The notes under the pieces: model-generated
The model's input: only the letters and a program-made list of their open reading frames with translations
Database searches by the model: none
What the model was told of the DNA's origin: nothing
Shown here: in pieces, positions 35,503 to 46,165 of the stretch
Numbering within the stretch: the first letter of the stretch is position 1
Layout: each line of letters opens with the position of its first letter
Assembly (NCBI GenBank): GCA_963849325.1
Contig: CAWKHF010000002.1
Span: 608,001 to 672,000, forward strand
From: an uncultured Planctomycetota bacterium
Lineage (GTDB): Bacteria; Planctomycetota; Planctomycetia; Gemmatales; Gemmataceae
DNA length: 64,000 nucleotides
Direction: 5' to 3'
Made by a program: the position numbers and the translations under genes

Positions 35503-35611
35503 CACGGGCAATCCGCGCCTGGCGAATGCCATCGGCTTGGTGCCGACGGCCGAGATACCGCTGTTCAACGGCAAGATCCCTTGCCGGCTGCTGAAGTTCG
35601 ACATCGACTGA
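35503..35611 (+). pseudogene. Displaced 3' end of the THUMP methyltransferase gene
   Basis: Encodes TGNPRLANAIGLVPTAEIPLFNGKIPCRLLKFDID* versus ...GLTAAAEIPLFNGKIPCRLLKFEPD* in the gene. Confidence 0.85.
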
Positions 35612-35686
35612 AATCGAGGCGGCACTTGAAGGATTTCAAGGCAGCGGCGGAGTAAGAATTCGCACAAGAAACGGTGGTGGTTCGCT

Positions 35687-35747
35687 GTCCGAGCCTGAGG
35701 CGAAGCGAAGAGCAGTCTTCTTCCTCGCTTACGCTTCAGGCTCGGAC
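35687..35747. repeat. REP-like palindrome, family B
   Basis: gtccgagcctgaggcgaagcga / tcgcttacgcttcaggctcggac; related to 45320-45376. Confidence 0.75.
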
Positions 35748-35807
35748 CTCATTCACCGGGAGGTTGCCTCCTGCGGCGCTCGCAGCGAAAGCGAACGGGT
35801 GAGCGGC

Positions 35808-37524
35808 TCAGCTGCCTGCGGGGGGATCGACCTGGGTGACGGTCACGGAGGTGGGACCATCGGTCTCCTCCATGCCATCGGGGATCGTGTCAAAGTGATC
35901 GCCAATCGACCCCGCTGTCACCACCGTGAAGCTATCCCCCACCGCCGGCGTGTAACCCAGCAGGATAAGGTTGCCCGACAACTGCGCGTTGCCGGTGACC
36001 GCCAGCAACGCGGGTGCGCCAAAGCCTCCGCCCACCGCCAGGGCCAGAGTGCCCATCGACGTTTGCTGGTACGAACCCAGCCCCGTCGTGCTGCTGCTCA
36101 GGTCCAACTGCAACCGGCCGGAGTTGATCACTTCGCCTCCGCCCGTCAGGGTACTGAAAAGGTTCACCTCCAGGTTGCCGTTGATCGAGTCGACCACGCC
36201 GGCGGGCACGGTCAGGGTGGCGGTCGAACTGCCGTCCTGCGCTGCCGACCTCTAGAAATCCGGGGGCGGCCTGTTCCGAGAAGCCGTTCACCGAGGTGAA
36301 GGTGCCCAGCAGCGTCAGGTTGCCCAGCAACTGGAACACGCCGTCCAGCGTATCCGTCGGCGATCCCGGCGCCGTGGTGCTCAGCGTGAGGGCGGCACCG
36401 CTGTCCACGTCCAGGTTGCCCTCGTTGGTGAATGGGGCGCGATGACGGTGGGGGCGCTGGGCGACGCCGTTGCCTTGATGGTGCCCAACGGCGAATTGAT
36501 CAGCGAGGAGGCGGGGTCGCCGGCGATGGACGGCAGGGACATTTCCAGGGTGCCGGTCGCGTTGACGAGCGAGCCGGAACCCATGCCGGGGACACCCACG
36601 GTCAGGGTGCCGCTGCCGTCCAGCTGGCTGAACGCCGACTCGTTGGTCAGGGTGCCGGCCAGGGCCTTGGGATTGGGACCGCTGGCGAGGAGTTCGCCGG
36701 AGGAACCGATGGTCGTGCCGCCGCCCAGGGCGATGGTGCCGTTTTGCCAGCTGAGGATGGCGTTCTCGTTGAGGCTGCCCGCGCCGGAGAGGCCGCCGCC
36801 GGTGGTGGCAGGTGCCGACCTGCAGGGTCTCCGAATTGTCGTCGAGGGAGCCGGCCACGGTGACAGCCCCGGCAATGATGATGGTTCCGAGGCCGGGTCC
36901 GAAGGTGGCGCCGGCGAGGAGCGTGTTGGGGGCAGCGGCGGCGCCGCCGGTGAACGTGAAGGTGGAGTCGGGTCCGGCGTCGAGGTTGCCGTTGAGGTCG
37001 CCGGGGCCGATGACAGCGCCGCCGGCGAAGATGACGTTGGTGCCGCCGCTGGTGGTGTTGGCGTTGATGATGCCGGGGTCGATGACCGGGCCGCCGAAGT
37101 AGTTCGATCCGGGAACCGGAGAGAGAGGCATCGCCGGTGGCGCGGAGGCTGGTGGGTTGCTGTCGATCTTGAGCTCGGTGCCGGACGCGACGGTGAGGCT
37201 GCCCCCGGGAAAGACGATGCTGTTGATTTCAGCGGCTGTCCCGGAGAGAGTGATAGCGAAGCCGAAAGGGTTGCCCACGTCGTCGGATGGTCCGGGCAAG
37301 GCCAGTGTCGCTCCCACTCCACCGCCGGCAAGCGCAATGCCCCAATTGCCGGGAGTGTTCCAGCCACCGCCACCTACGGCGTTCGTGAAGACGAACGGAC
37401 TCAGAAGCGTACGATCTTCCAGGATTTCCACCGCAAGAGGAGCAGAGCGGGGCTGGCGTCGGATGGGCCTCCGTTGCACGGGCGGGGCGGACTTACGGAA
37501 CAAACGCGGCAGATAAGACCACAT
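35808..37524 (-). CDS. Secreted LEDR-motif beta-strand-rich protein (frameshifted)
   Basis: PLAVEILEDRTLLS; WNTPGNW; G/N/T-rich passenger-like repeats; GYTPAVGDSFTVV C-terminus. Confidence 0.75.
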
Positions 37525-37652
37525 GACAGACCTCCTTTGTTGAGTACAGGGCGATACAACTCCCCTTGAGGGACGGTTTCTCCGGGTTCGCACGGAACGT
37601 GAGATCCTGCGCGACGCAGAGAATGTCCGCGACCATCAATTCATTCAGGGAT

Positions 37653-39101
37653 TCAGGGGTGCCTGCTCTCGCTCGGCGTGGTTACACTTCGTTCGAGGCT
37701 CTTGCTTCGGCTGGGGGTAGCCTGCCGGTCAAGCGGGAACTTATCTCGCGGGCGCAGTCGGGCTATGCCTTCGTTCAATTCCTTCGCCGTGAAGGGTAAT
37801 TTCGCGGTCAAATCCTTCATGGGATGCGAGCGTTTGAGGAACAACAGGGCGAACGATGTGCATAGCATCGCTTTATAAGTTGCATTCGGTATTCTTTTCT
37901 CCACTGGAGCGTCAGGCCACCATCCGCTCTTTTTTTGATTGGTGACGAGAACTTCCGCTCCCCAGCGATACCAGTCCTTGCCGCCGATGTCCGGCAGGGC
38001 GAACAGCATCGCCGCACGCTCCAGCGACCACAGGAAATACAACTCCTCCAGTTCCTTTCGCTTGTTCATGTCGCCGCTCGGTTCACCGATCCGCCGTGAC
38101 AGGGCGGCCAACCCGCGCAGGACATGAACGTCTTTGCCGGTGTCGATCGGCGAGCCGGGCGTTGGCAATCGCAATCCGCGGCCGATGGCCAGCCCGATCA
38201 GACCGACGCAGATCATGGAACTCCTTGAGGTTCCGCGAAAATCTCGATCATCGTAACCCCAGAAACCTGACGGATAGAGTTGGAAACGCTCGAAGCGTTC
38301 GGTTGAGATTTCCAGGGCGGGTTCCACGGCCACATCATGCCGGCGCGCCGCCCATAAACCCAGTAGCGCGAACTGCGTGTTGGAATTATCCGTTCGGCCA
38401 TCCAAGATGACTGTAGATGGCGCGCTGGCAAAGGCGGCGGGAGTGAATGGCGGTTCCTGCCAGGGCAAGCGCCTCGCCTCTTGGAAGACGGTCAGACCTT
38501 GCAACGTCGGCGGTATCTCCAGACCATCCAACGCTTGACATCTCGTCCTCTTGCCGCCCTTCCTCCGCTTGTTCAGTTCCGCCAGACCATTCAGCAAGTC
38601 CAGCGCATTTTTGTCGTTGAGGACAGGGCAGCGATAGGACCACCCGCCCGTTCGATGCTGCCCCGCAATCAAGCGCAAGGCGCAGGTCTGAATCAGCACT
38701 TTGTCCTTGGGATCGCTGAGACGATCGAAGAATAGGATGGCCAACGCCAATTCATACGTATGACTGTTGAGGACAACCCTAGGGCGGAGAAACACGGCCG
38801 CCTTTTGGATGACCGGATCATCGGCCGGCACGCCCGCTTCTAGCAAGGCGTATGCCGGCAACGCGCATTGGCCGACCTGATACAGGTTAATGTCGTACAT
38901 CTTGAATCCGAAGTCGCCCTCCTTGGTCTGCACACTTTTGAGGAAGGCCACGCCCTTATCAATGGCCTGATCGACCTTGGCCTGCTCCTCCTTCGACAGC
39001 GGCTTGGGATCGGCGTAGGCGCGTGCGTCAAGCCCAAGCAGAACCACACAGGCGAGAAAGACGGCACGATACCCTACCTGGATGATCTCCGTTGTAGACA
39101 T
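37653..39101 (-). CDS. Secreted prenyltransferase/squalene-oxidase-repeat (alpha/alpha toroid) planctomycete protein
   Basis: Signal peptide; AIDKGVAFLKSVQ; QHRTGGWSY; DNSNTQFALLGLWAA; YFLWSLER; DWYRWGAEVL; TSFALLFL. Confidence 0.75.
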   Translation of the reverse strand: MSTTEIIQVGYRAVFLACVVLLGLDARAYADPKPLSKEEQAKVDQAIDKGVAFLKSVQTKEGDFGFKMYDINLYQVGQCALPAYALLEAGVPADDPVIQKAAVFLRPRVVLNSHTYELALAILFFDRLSDPKDKVLIQTCALRLIAGQHRTGGWSYRCPVLNDKNALDLLNGLAELNKRRKGGKRTRCQALDGLEIPPTLQGLTVFQEARRLPWQEPPFTPAAFASAPSTVILDGRTDNSNTQFALLGLWAARRHDVAVEPALEISTERFERFQLYPSGFWGYDDRDFRGTSRSSMICVGLIGLAIGRGLRLPTPGSPIDTGKDVHVLRGLAALSRRIGEPSGDMNKRKELEELYFLWSLERAAMLFALPDIGGKDWYRWGAEVLVTNQKKSGWWPDAPVEKRIPNATYKAMLCTSFALLFLKRSHPMKDLTAKLPFTAKELNEGIARLRPRDKFPLDRQATPSRSKSLERSVTTPSESRHP

Positions 39102-39123
39102 GACACCCTCTCGGTGTGGGTTT

Positions 39124-39417
39124 TCAGATGCAATAACACCACGATTGTTCTGCCGATGGTTCCTCCGCTGGCAGAGGCAGCGGCGGAGGATCGAGTTGGC
39201 AGTCGGGGCGTGCATCGCCGACCGTCAGCCACACGAACGGACCTTCCATCGTGGCCCACAACGGTCCCTCGATCCCCTCCTTCGTGCCAAGAAGGTCTGC
39301 GCCATCGTAATAGGTGAACGGACCTTCCCCCTCTCGATCCTGCGGCCCGAAATCGATCCGTCCTCCACAGCGGATCAGCCTCAGCTTACGGCGCAGCACG
39401 ATCAGCAGTCCTCGCAT
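39124..39417 (-). CDS. Hypothetical protein
   Basis: 97-aa ORF with a GAGGAGGGA RBS-like sequence upstream; no recognisable motif. Confidence 0.35.
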   Translation of the reverse strand: MRGLLIVLRRKLRLIRCGGRIDFGPQDREGEGPFTYYDGADLLGTKEGIEGPLWATMEGPFVWLTVGDARPDCQLDPPPLPLPAEEPSAEQSWCYCI

Positions 39418-39818
39418 GGACAGTCCCTCCTCAAACTCCGCCGGTCTCTATCCCAGAGCAGCAGAAGCCACGGGTAGAAGGTTCCAGCGAGTAAGCCCGA
39501 TGATGGCCCTCTATCTATATCAATCCCTTTTTCGCGGCAAATCCCTCACGAAAATCGAAATTTTTTCCGTTTTTTTCTGAATGCTCATAACTTCACATGA
39601 TGACGGAAGATACGCCACGCCGCCCACACGAGCCTCAGCGAATGGGGGCCGCATACCCTCTTGCCGGTCCTTTTTTATCCAGTAAGCTCCATCCTGCATG
39701 ATGCGAGGGCGTCTCGCCGCCCTTCTTCTTTTCGCTCAGCACCATCGTCCGTTCGCCCGCCAAGGAACGCTACGGTTTCGTTCATTCTTCTCACTCGCAA
39801 CGATTCGTTGAGGCTCCC

Positions 39819-40454
39819 ATGGTCAACGAAGACACTCCCTCTCCGCGCAAGGATACCTATTTCGTGAGCTTGCTACAGCGAATGACTGACGGCGATGAAC
39901 GCGCCGCCGAGGAATTCGTTCAGCACTACGCCCCCCTCCTCCGCATGGTCATCAAGAAGCGCCTGCAGCTCGGTCGGCCTATCGGTTTCGTCTACGACGT
40001 GGGTGATGGGGTGCAGGACTCCTTCAAATCGTTCTGGCGCATTGTCGTCGAAGGACTGCTCCCCGAGGACCTGGACAATGACGCGAAACTGACCGCGTAC
40101 CTCAAGCAATTGGCGCGGTTCAAGGCGGCCAAGGCGTGTCGTGCCTACACGGGCACGGCCAAGCGCGACGTGCGCCGTCACAAATCGCTGGACGATGGAG
40201 ATCCCAAAGTGGCCGCCCTGATAGACCCATCTCCCGATCCGGCGGAGATGACCGAAAAACACGAGCTGTTGAAACGAGCGCTGGCTTCACTGTCTTTCCA
40301 AGAGCGGCTCGCCCTCCACCTGCATTCCCAGCGACGGCCCTTTCGGGAAATCGCCGAGGAACTCGATTGCAGCGAGGAGACCGCGCGACGAACCGTTTTC
40401 CGACTCCTTCTCCGCTTATCGGATGTGTCTCGAGATCACGAATACGCGACGTGA
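39819..40454 (+). CDS. ECF-type sigma factor (planctomycete group)
   Basis: GDERAAEEF, DGVQDSFKSF, AKRDVRR, FREIAEELDCSEETARR. Confidence 0.8.
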   Translation: MVNEDTPSPRKDTYFVSLLQRMTDGDERAAEEFVQHYAPLLRMVIKKRLQLGRPIGFVYDVGDGVQDSFKSFWRIVVEGLLPEDLDNDAKLTAYLKQLARFKAAKACRAYTGTAKRDVRRHKSLDDGDPKVAALIDPSPDPAEMTEKHELLKRALASLSFQERLALHLHSQRRPFREIAEELDCSEETARRTVFRLLLRLSDVSRDHEYAT

Positions 40455-40459
40455 CGTTG

Positions 40460-40909
40460 TCAGTGCGGCGTAGTCTGTCTCCCTTCAGGGGCTGTCAGCC
40501 GAGCGCGGATGTCCTCGGAGATCTCAATCGACTCCATTTCGTGAGCGCCCGGACGCATCCGGCAGCACACGGCACTGATCCGCCCTTTCGCCACCGGCCT
40601 GCCCTCGTGCGTGAACTCGAACGAGTACGTCACCGATTTGCGACCGACGCGCTCGACGCGCACGGCAATTTCCACCACATCGTCGAAGCGCACCGGACGC
40701 AGAAAATCGCAACTTGCCGACACACGCGGGAAACTGATCGGGTGTTCGCTCCCCATCATCACTACGGAGAGGCCACGCGAACGAAGATATGCCACCTCGG
40801 CGAACTCCATATAACGAAAATAATTACTGAAGTGAATGATGCCGGCCATGTCGGTGTCGGCGAAATCGACGCGGCGGCTGACGCGAAACGGCGCGGACAT
40901 GACAGACAC
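40460..40909 (-). CDS. Acyl-CoA thioesterase (4HBT/YbgC hotdog fold)
   Basis: RVDFADTDMAGIIHFSNYFRYMEFAE; PVRFDD. Confidence 0.9.
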   Translation of the reverse strand: MSVMSAPFRVSRRVDFADTDMAGIIHFSNYFRYMEFAEVAYLRSRGLSVVMMGSEHPISFPRVSASCDFLRPVRFDDVVEIAVRVERVGRKSVTYSFEFTHEGRPVAKGRISAVCCRMRPGAHEMESIEISEDIRARLTAPEGRQTTPH

Positions 40910-40918
40910 CTCCCTGCT

Positions 40919-42208
40919 TCAACGTACATATTGGCCATAGATCGCCGCCGTCTCCGCGGCCATGCGGTCGGCATGGAAGCGAGCGTGGACCGCCTCCTTG
41001 CCCTTGCGGCCTAGCTCGTCGCGGTGGGCGCGATTGTCGAACAACAGCCGCAAGGCGCGGGCCAGGTCGGCCGGATCGTCCGGGTTGACGAGCAGTCCGC
41101 CGCCGGTCGCCTCGATCAACTCCGGGAACGAACCGTGGCGCGGCTGCACCACCGGCACACCGTTGGCCAGCGCCTCCAGCACGTACAGTCCCTTCGGCTC
41201 GCGGTACGTCGTCGGCACCGATAGCACGTCGATGCCGTGGAAGAAACGCACCTTGCTCTCGTGGTCCGGCGACTCGACGTGGAGGAAGTGATCGCCCAGG
41301 CCGTGCTCCTTCATCTTGCGGTGGATGTCCTCGAAGTAGGCCCGGTTGTTGGCGCCGAGCCAGCCGGAGATGTGCAGGCGGCAGTCGTCCATACCGGGCG
41401 TCTGCCGCAAGAGATGGAATGCCTCGGCCAGAACGTGCAGTCCTTTTTCCGGACAAATGCGGGCGAAATAGCCGATCGTGAACGGCCGGGGCTGCTCCGG
41501 CCGTGGCCCGCCGTGGCCGGCGAGGTTGAGTCCGGGATGAACGACATGGATGCGCGCGCGCGGGATGGCGAAATACTCGGCCATGAAGTCGGCGTAGTAA
41601 GCCGACGTGGCGAGGAAGCCGTCGATCTCGCGGCAGTGGACGCGGACCAGGGCCAGCGATCGGCTGCGGTGCGAGGGCGGCAGCGATTCGAGAAAAATGT
41701 CGTCGCCTTGCAGCGAACACAGCACCGGCACGCGGAGTTGCCGCTTCAGCTCGTGGACCATGCCCGACAGCAGCGCGTTGGTGAGGTTGACGATCTCCGG
41801 CTTGACCTCTTCCGCCAGCCAGCTCGACGAGCTTGGCGACTTCCTTTCTTCTGATGGCCGTGCTCGCCTTCGAGCATGGAGATGGTCAGGTCGCCGAGGT
41901 CGTCCGCCTGCGTCTTGACGGCGAAGCGCGACACCCAGCGCAACAGCGGCCGGGCGTCGAGCAGGCGGTCGAGGAACCAGGGCGTGTGGCGGAACAGGCC
42001 GAGCTTCTGCTGCAGATAGACGTTGATGCCGCCGAAGAAGACGCGCTGCTGCGCTGACGTCCGGCTCATCGGTGCGGATGGGCGTGTAGGTGGGGATGAG
42101 CAGCGCATCGTGTCCCTGGCGGACGAGGGCGGCCACCAGGGTGTTGTCGTGCATGCAGCTGCCGCAGAACATGCCGGCGGCGCCTGCGGTGATGTAGGCG
42201 ATGCGCAT
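40919..42208 (-). CDS. Glycosyltransferase family 4 (frameshifted)
   Basis: MRIAYITAGAAGMFCGSCMHDN; ARICPEKG; EPKGLYVLEALANGVPVV. Confidence 0.9.
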   Translation of the reverse strand: MRIAYITAGAAGMFCGSCMHDNTLVAALVRQGHDALLIPTYTPIRTDEPDVSAAARLLRRHQRLSAAEARPVPPHALVPRPPARRPAAVALGVALRRQDAGGRPRRPDHLHARRRARPSEERKSPSSSSWLAEEVKPEIVNLTNALLSGMVHELKRQLRVPVLCSLQGDDIFLESLPPSHRSRSLALVRVHCREIDGFLATSAYYADFMAEYFAIPRARIHVVHPGLNLAGHGGPRPEQPRPFTIGYFARICPEKGLHVLAEAFHLLRQTPGMDDCRLHISGWLGANNRAYFEDIHRKMKEHGLGDHFLHVESPDHESKVRFFHGIDVLSVPTTYREPKGLYVLEALANGVPVVQPRHGSFPELIEATGGGLLVNPDDPADLARALRLLFDNRAHRDELGRKGKEAVHARFHADRMAAETAAIYGQYVR

Positions 42209-42230
42209 GGCCAATCCACTGCGCCGGCCC

Positions 42231-43714
42231 TCAAACGGCGACCTTCTCGGGCACGGCTCGGGGAGGAAGAAGGACAGCAAGAAGCCCGCCAGAAGGACGA
42301 ATCCGACGACCGCCGCCGCGGCATAGGCCATGTCCGTGGCCTCCTGTACCGGCGTGGGTTTGCCGCCGCCCCGCGCCAGCAGGGCCGCCAGCTCATTCGT
42401 CACGAGGGCGAACGAGGTGCCGAGGACGCGGCCGCCGAGGTTGGCGGCGCAGCTCTCGCCGGTGCCGCGGAGGTGAACCGGGTAGACCGTCGGCAGGTAG
42501 TTGCCCCAGAAACTGAACTGGGCCACGGTCAGCAGACCCACGAGGAAGATGCCGGCGTGGAACCAGGTGACCTGCATCGCCTTGCCACCGAGGTTCAATG
42601 AGAACAATTCCCGATTGTGGAGTACGCCGTAGCCGAACACCAGCGGCGCGATCAGAAGGCAGGGCACCAGGAAAAGGCGCAGCAGGTTGCGGCGGCTGAC
42701 GATGTACACGGCCAGGAGGGCCAGCAAGAAGCGGCCGAGGAGGCCGCCAACCTCCTGGAACGTCCCATAGAGACCGGTCATATCGCGCGAGATCGCCGTC
42801 TTCGCCTTCTGGGCCGCCTTGGGGTCGTTGTCGCTCACTTTCTCGGCCTGCGCCTGGTAGGTCGGCATCGCCTCGATCATGTACTGCACCTGCTGGATAC
42901 CGCCGAAGGCCACGCCGTAGCTGCAGGCGAACATCAGGGTCGTCACGATCGTGGTCCGCCTTAGTGCCGGCGAGAACAACTCCGCCACGCTGGGCCGCTT
43001 CAGGGTCCCTTCCGCCTTCCGCCGCGCCCACACCGGCGACTCCGGCATGAACGGCCGAATCAGCAGGAGCGGGATGGCGGGGATCACGCCGGAGAGCAGC
43101 GTGTACCGCCATGTGGCGTGGCCGTTGGCCACCGTGCCGAGCGTGCCGGCGAGGAACTCGGGCATCCGCAAGGCCGGCAGCTGCGAAGCGTACTGGTTCA
43201 AGAGCAGATAGACGCCCGCGACGGTCATGCCGCCGAAGGACGAGAACGCCTGCGTGTAGCCGAGCACCCGTTCGCGCTGCTCCGCCTGCGGAAAAAGCTC
43301 CGCCAGCCAGGCGATGGCCGCCACGAACTCCACGCACACGCCGATCAGGGTCAGGCAGCGGAGGACCAGGAACAGCGGCAGCGACGTCGAGAAACCGGAG
43401 GCAAAGGTAGCGAGGGCGTAGAGGAGGATGCTGAACGTCAAGACGCGGCGACGGCCGAGAAGGTCGGTCAAGTAGCCGCCCACCAGGCCGACCGCCCCGC
43501 CGACCATCATCGGCACCCAAAAGAGCAACCCTTTCCAGTGTCCCCGGGTGGCCGCATCGGCGTTGGGCAGCAACTCGACGAGCAATTCCCGGCCGATGTA
43601 CTGCATGACCAGCAGAACGTAGATGTCGAAGCCAAAGCCGATGGCCGCCATCACGAGGATGAGCCAGTGGGTCAAAGTCAGGCGTTGGCGGGCTGCGCCG
43701 AAAGATACAGACAC
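42231..43714 (-). CDS. MFS transporter (fusion to the GT in the ORF track is probably an indel artefact)
   Basis: GYLTDLLGRRRVL (motif A), ELFP, PESPVW, YPVHLRGTG; about 12 TM segments. Confidence 0.88.
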
Positions 43715-43764
43715 GAGAATCTCCTGATGCCGCCGCGGCACAAGCCGGCAGGCGGAACACGATG

Positions 43765-44310
43765 TCATTCCGGCCGCACGATCTCCAGCAATTCCACCGC
43801 CGGTTGTTCGTCGCAGTGAATCAGGGCGAAACGGCCATACGTCGGTCGCGGGCCGTCGAGGCCGAACCACTCGATCATGGCCGGGCCGGGTATCACGCGC
43901 AGGAAGGCGGTCGGCTCGATGCGCCGCAGTACGTTGGCGTTAATCAAGACCCGGCCCAGCGGCGTTTGCCCGGCGAGGATCTGCTGACGAACCTCCTCGC
44001 TGCAATAGCGGAAATTGACGCGCATCAGGCCGAACATCACCACGCGGCCGCTTCCCTGGAGTGCCAGCAGGATTTTGCGCGAGTAGGAATCGCCGGCGAC
44101 CCGGTACTCCAAAACCCGGACATCGACCACCTCGCCGTGGTGGGCTTCGACGGTCACGGTCATGTGGTGCTCGTGGACGAGCAGACGGTCGTAGGGAGGC
44201 GGAACTCGGCCTGGCGGCACGAGTTCGCCCCGAGTCATGTAGTCGGCTGGCGGAAACAGGGCGAACAGACCTTGGACGTCGGTGCCGGTCGCATCGGGTG
44301 AGAAGTTCAT
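43765..44310 (-). CDS. Chorismate-lyase-like (UbiC/DUF98 fold) hypothetical protein
   Basis: LLVHEHHMTVTVE, YSRKILL, PLGRVL and VELLEI resemble the UbiC/DUF98 pattern. Confidence 0.55.
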   Translation of the reverse strand: MNFSPDATGTDVQGLFALFPPADYMTRGELVPPGRVPPPYDRLLVHEHHMTVTVEAHHGEVVDVRVLEYRVAGDSYSRKILLALQGSGRVVMFGLMRVNFRYCSEEVRQQILAGQTPLGRVLINANVLRRIEPTAFLRVIPGPAMIEWFGLDGPRPTYGRFALIHCDEQPAVELLEIVRPE

Positions 44311-46155
44311 AAGGTTAATTGTAGCAGCGGCGGGGCTGCTGGCTCCGCAGCCGGCGGATTGACGGTCGAGGACGCTATCGACCAGGTAATAGAGCAGCTC
44401 GCGCAGTTCGGTCGGCTCGATGTCGTCGGCGACGGCCTCGGCGCGAGCGCGATACTTCTCGACGAGCTTCTCGGCCTTGTCGAAGACCTGCGCCTTCGTG
44501 AACAACTGCCGCACTCGTTCGACGGGTGGCCGCGGCGGCGTCCTTGTCCGGGCCACGACGCAGCAGCGCCAGCAATTCCGCGCGGTCGGCCGGCGCGCGA
44601 GCCTTCCAGGGCCAGCGCCAGCAGCAGCGTCGGCCGGGCCGCCAGCACGTCCTGGCCGGCGATCAGCTTGTTGTCGCTGTCGCCGTCCCAGTCCTTGAGG
44701 TCGTTGAGGATCTGGAAGGCGACGCCGAGGTGCTTGCTGAAGTCGGCGACGGCCTTTTCGTAGGCGTCGGCCGGCCCGGCCAGGCGCAGGCCGGCGTACA
44801 GGGCCGCCTCGAACGCCGGGGCCGTCTTGAGGGCGTAAATCTTCAGGGCGTCCAGGGCGGTCAGCGTCTTGTCGCCGGCGTCGCGCCAGAGCAGTTCGGC
44901 CCCCTGGCCCTCGGACAGTTTCAGGTGGGCGTCGGACAAGCGGTTGAGGATGTCGGCGGCGCAGTCGCCGCCCAGTTCCTTGCGCTCGCGGCCGACCAGG
45001 CGATAGCCCAGGCCGAGCAGGTAATCGCCGACGTTGATGGCGGTGCCGACGCCGTACTGGCGGTGCAGCGTGTCCGGCCGTAGCGGAAGGTGTCGTCGTC
45101 CTCGATGTCGTCGTGGACGAGCGACGCCTTGTGAAACGCCTCGATGGCCAGGGCGGTGCGCCGCACGCTGTCGGGCAGGTCACAGCCCTCGGCCGAGAGC
45201 GTGCCGGGCGCGCCCTTGAGGGCGTCGTAGGCGGCGAGCGTGATGAACGGCCGCGAACGCTTGCCGCCCTGGCCCAGCCAGTCGTAGGCGATGGTTTCGT
45301 GCTGCGCCAGAGGGTCGGATCGTAGCCGTAACGCGAGGGAAGAAGTTCTGCCCTCGCTTACGCTGCGGCTCGACGAGTTGGGTGCCGCCAGCGGGTGAAG
45401 AGCGCGACCGCGGCGCCAGCCGGCTCAACTCCGGCTCCTCGCAAATCTGATGCGCCGGCCGCAGCAGATGAACGTAGGTCTTCGTCTCGCTTGGCCGGCG
45501 GCGGCGTCTTGCAGGTCGATCAGCTCGGACACCCAGTCGTCATCGACCGACGTGCTCGGCAGTTGCTCGACAGCAGCGGCGCGGCCACGCAGGGGATGCC
45601 GGCCAGCAGAATCTTGTCGATCGCCTTTTCCAGCACGTTCAGGCAGGCGACGCCGACGATGGCATCGACGTGGCCGCTGACGATGATCTTGAGGACGATG
45701 GGCGTGCCTTCGGAGACGAGCACCTTGTAGCCGAGGTCCTCGGCCTTGGTCTTGAAGTCGGCGACGGAGCAGGCGCCGCACTTGCGGCAATCGAGGCCGA
45801 ACTCGTCGTAGTCGGCGGGGCAGCCCTCGGCGTGCTTGAGGCAGTGCGGCAACAGCAGCAGGCGGCGCTTGAAATCGATGGCCTGCACCTGCTCGCGCCA
45901 GAACTCGTTGGTGATGCAGACCATCGCGAAGCCGAGGTACTGCTCGCCCAGGTCCATGCCGCGCAGCAGATCCTCGCCCATCTTCTGCAGGTCCGGCTTG
46001 GTCAGCGGCCGGGCGCGGTCGAGCGTCTGGCCGAGGCGGGCGGCCTCGGCGCGGACGCGGTCGCGCAGCTCGCGCGTCTCCGGGACGACCTTGAGGTGGG
46101 CGGTGCTGGGACGTTTGTCTTTCTTCTCGGCCTTGGGTTCGGCAGCGGTGGCCAC
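44307..46155 (-). CDS. DUF116-polyprenyl synthetase fusion (frameshifted)
   Basis: LLLPHCL..C..CRKCGAC, GVAC (DUF116); [43 protein letters not shown]. Confidence 0.85.
45320..45376. repeat. REP-like palindrome, family B, inside the polyprenyl synthetase gene
   Basis: tcgtagccgtaacgcgaggg / ccctcgcttacgctgcggctcgacga. Confidence 0.7.
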
Positions 46156-46165
46156 GGTGGAGTCC

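Larger units (their letters stand above)
34642..35611. mobile_element. Small islet bounded by a 109-bp imperfect direct repeat of the THUMP gene 3' end
   Basis: 34642-34750 vs 35503-35611: first 37 bp identical, remainder encodes a near-identical peptide; two ORFs in between. Confidence 0.75.

Noticed and set aside
34642-35611. Diversity-generating retroelement TR/VR pair
   Set aside because: No reverse transcriptase is present, and the differences are mostly synonymous rather than adenine-specific.
40919-43870. 983-aa MFS-glycosyltransferase fusion
   Set aside because: A TGA at 42231-42233 in another frame and a typical GT start at 42208 point to an indel artefact.
43765-45183. 472-aa ORF
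   Set aside because: The N-terminal part is an off-frame reading of the prenyl synthase; the real gene starts at 44310.
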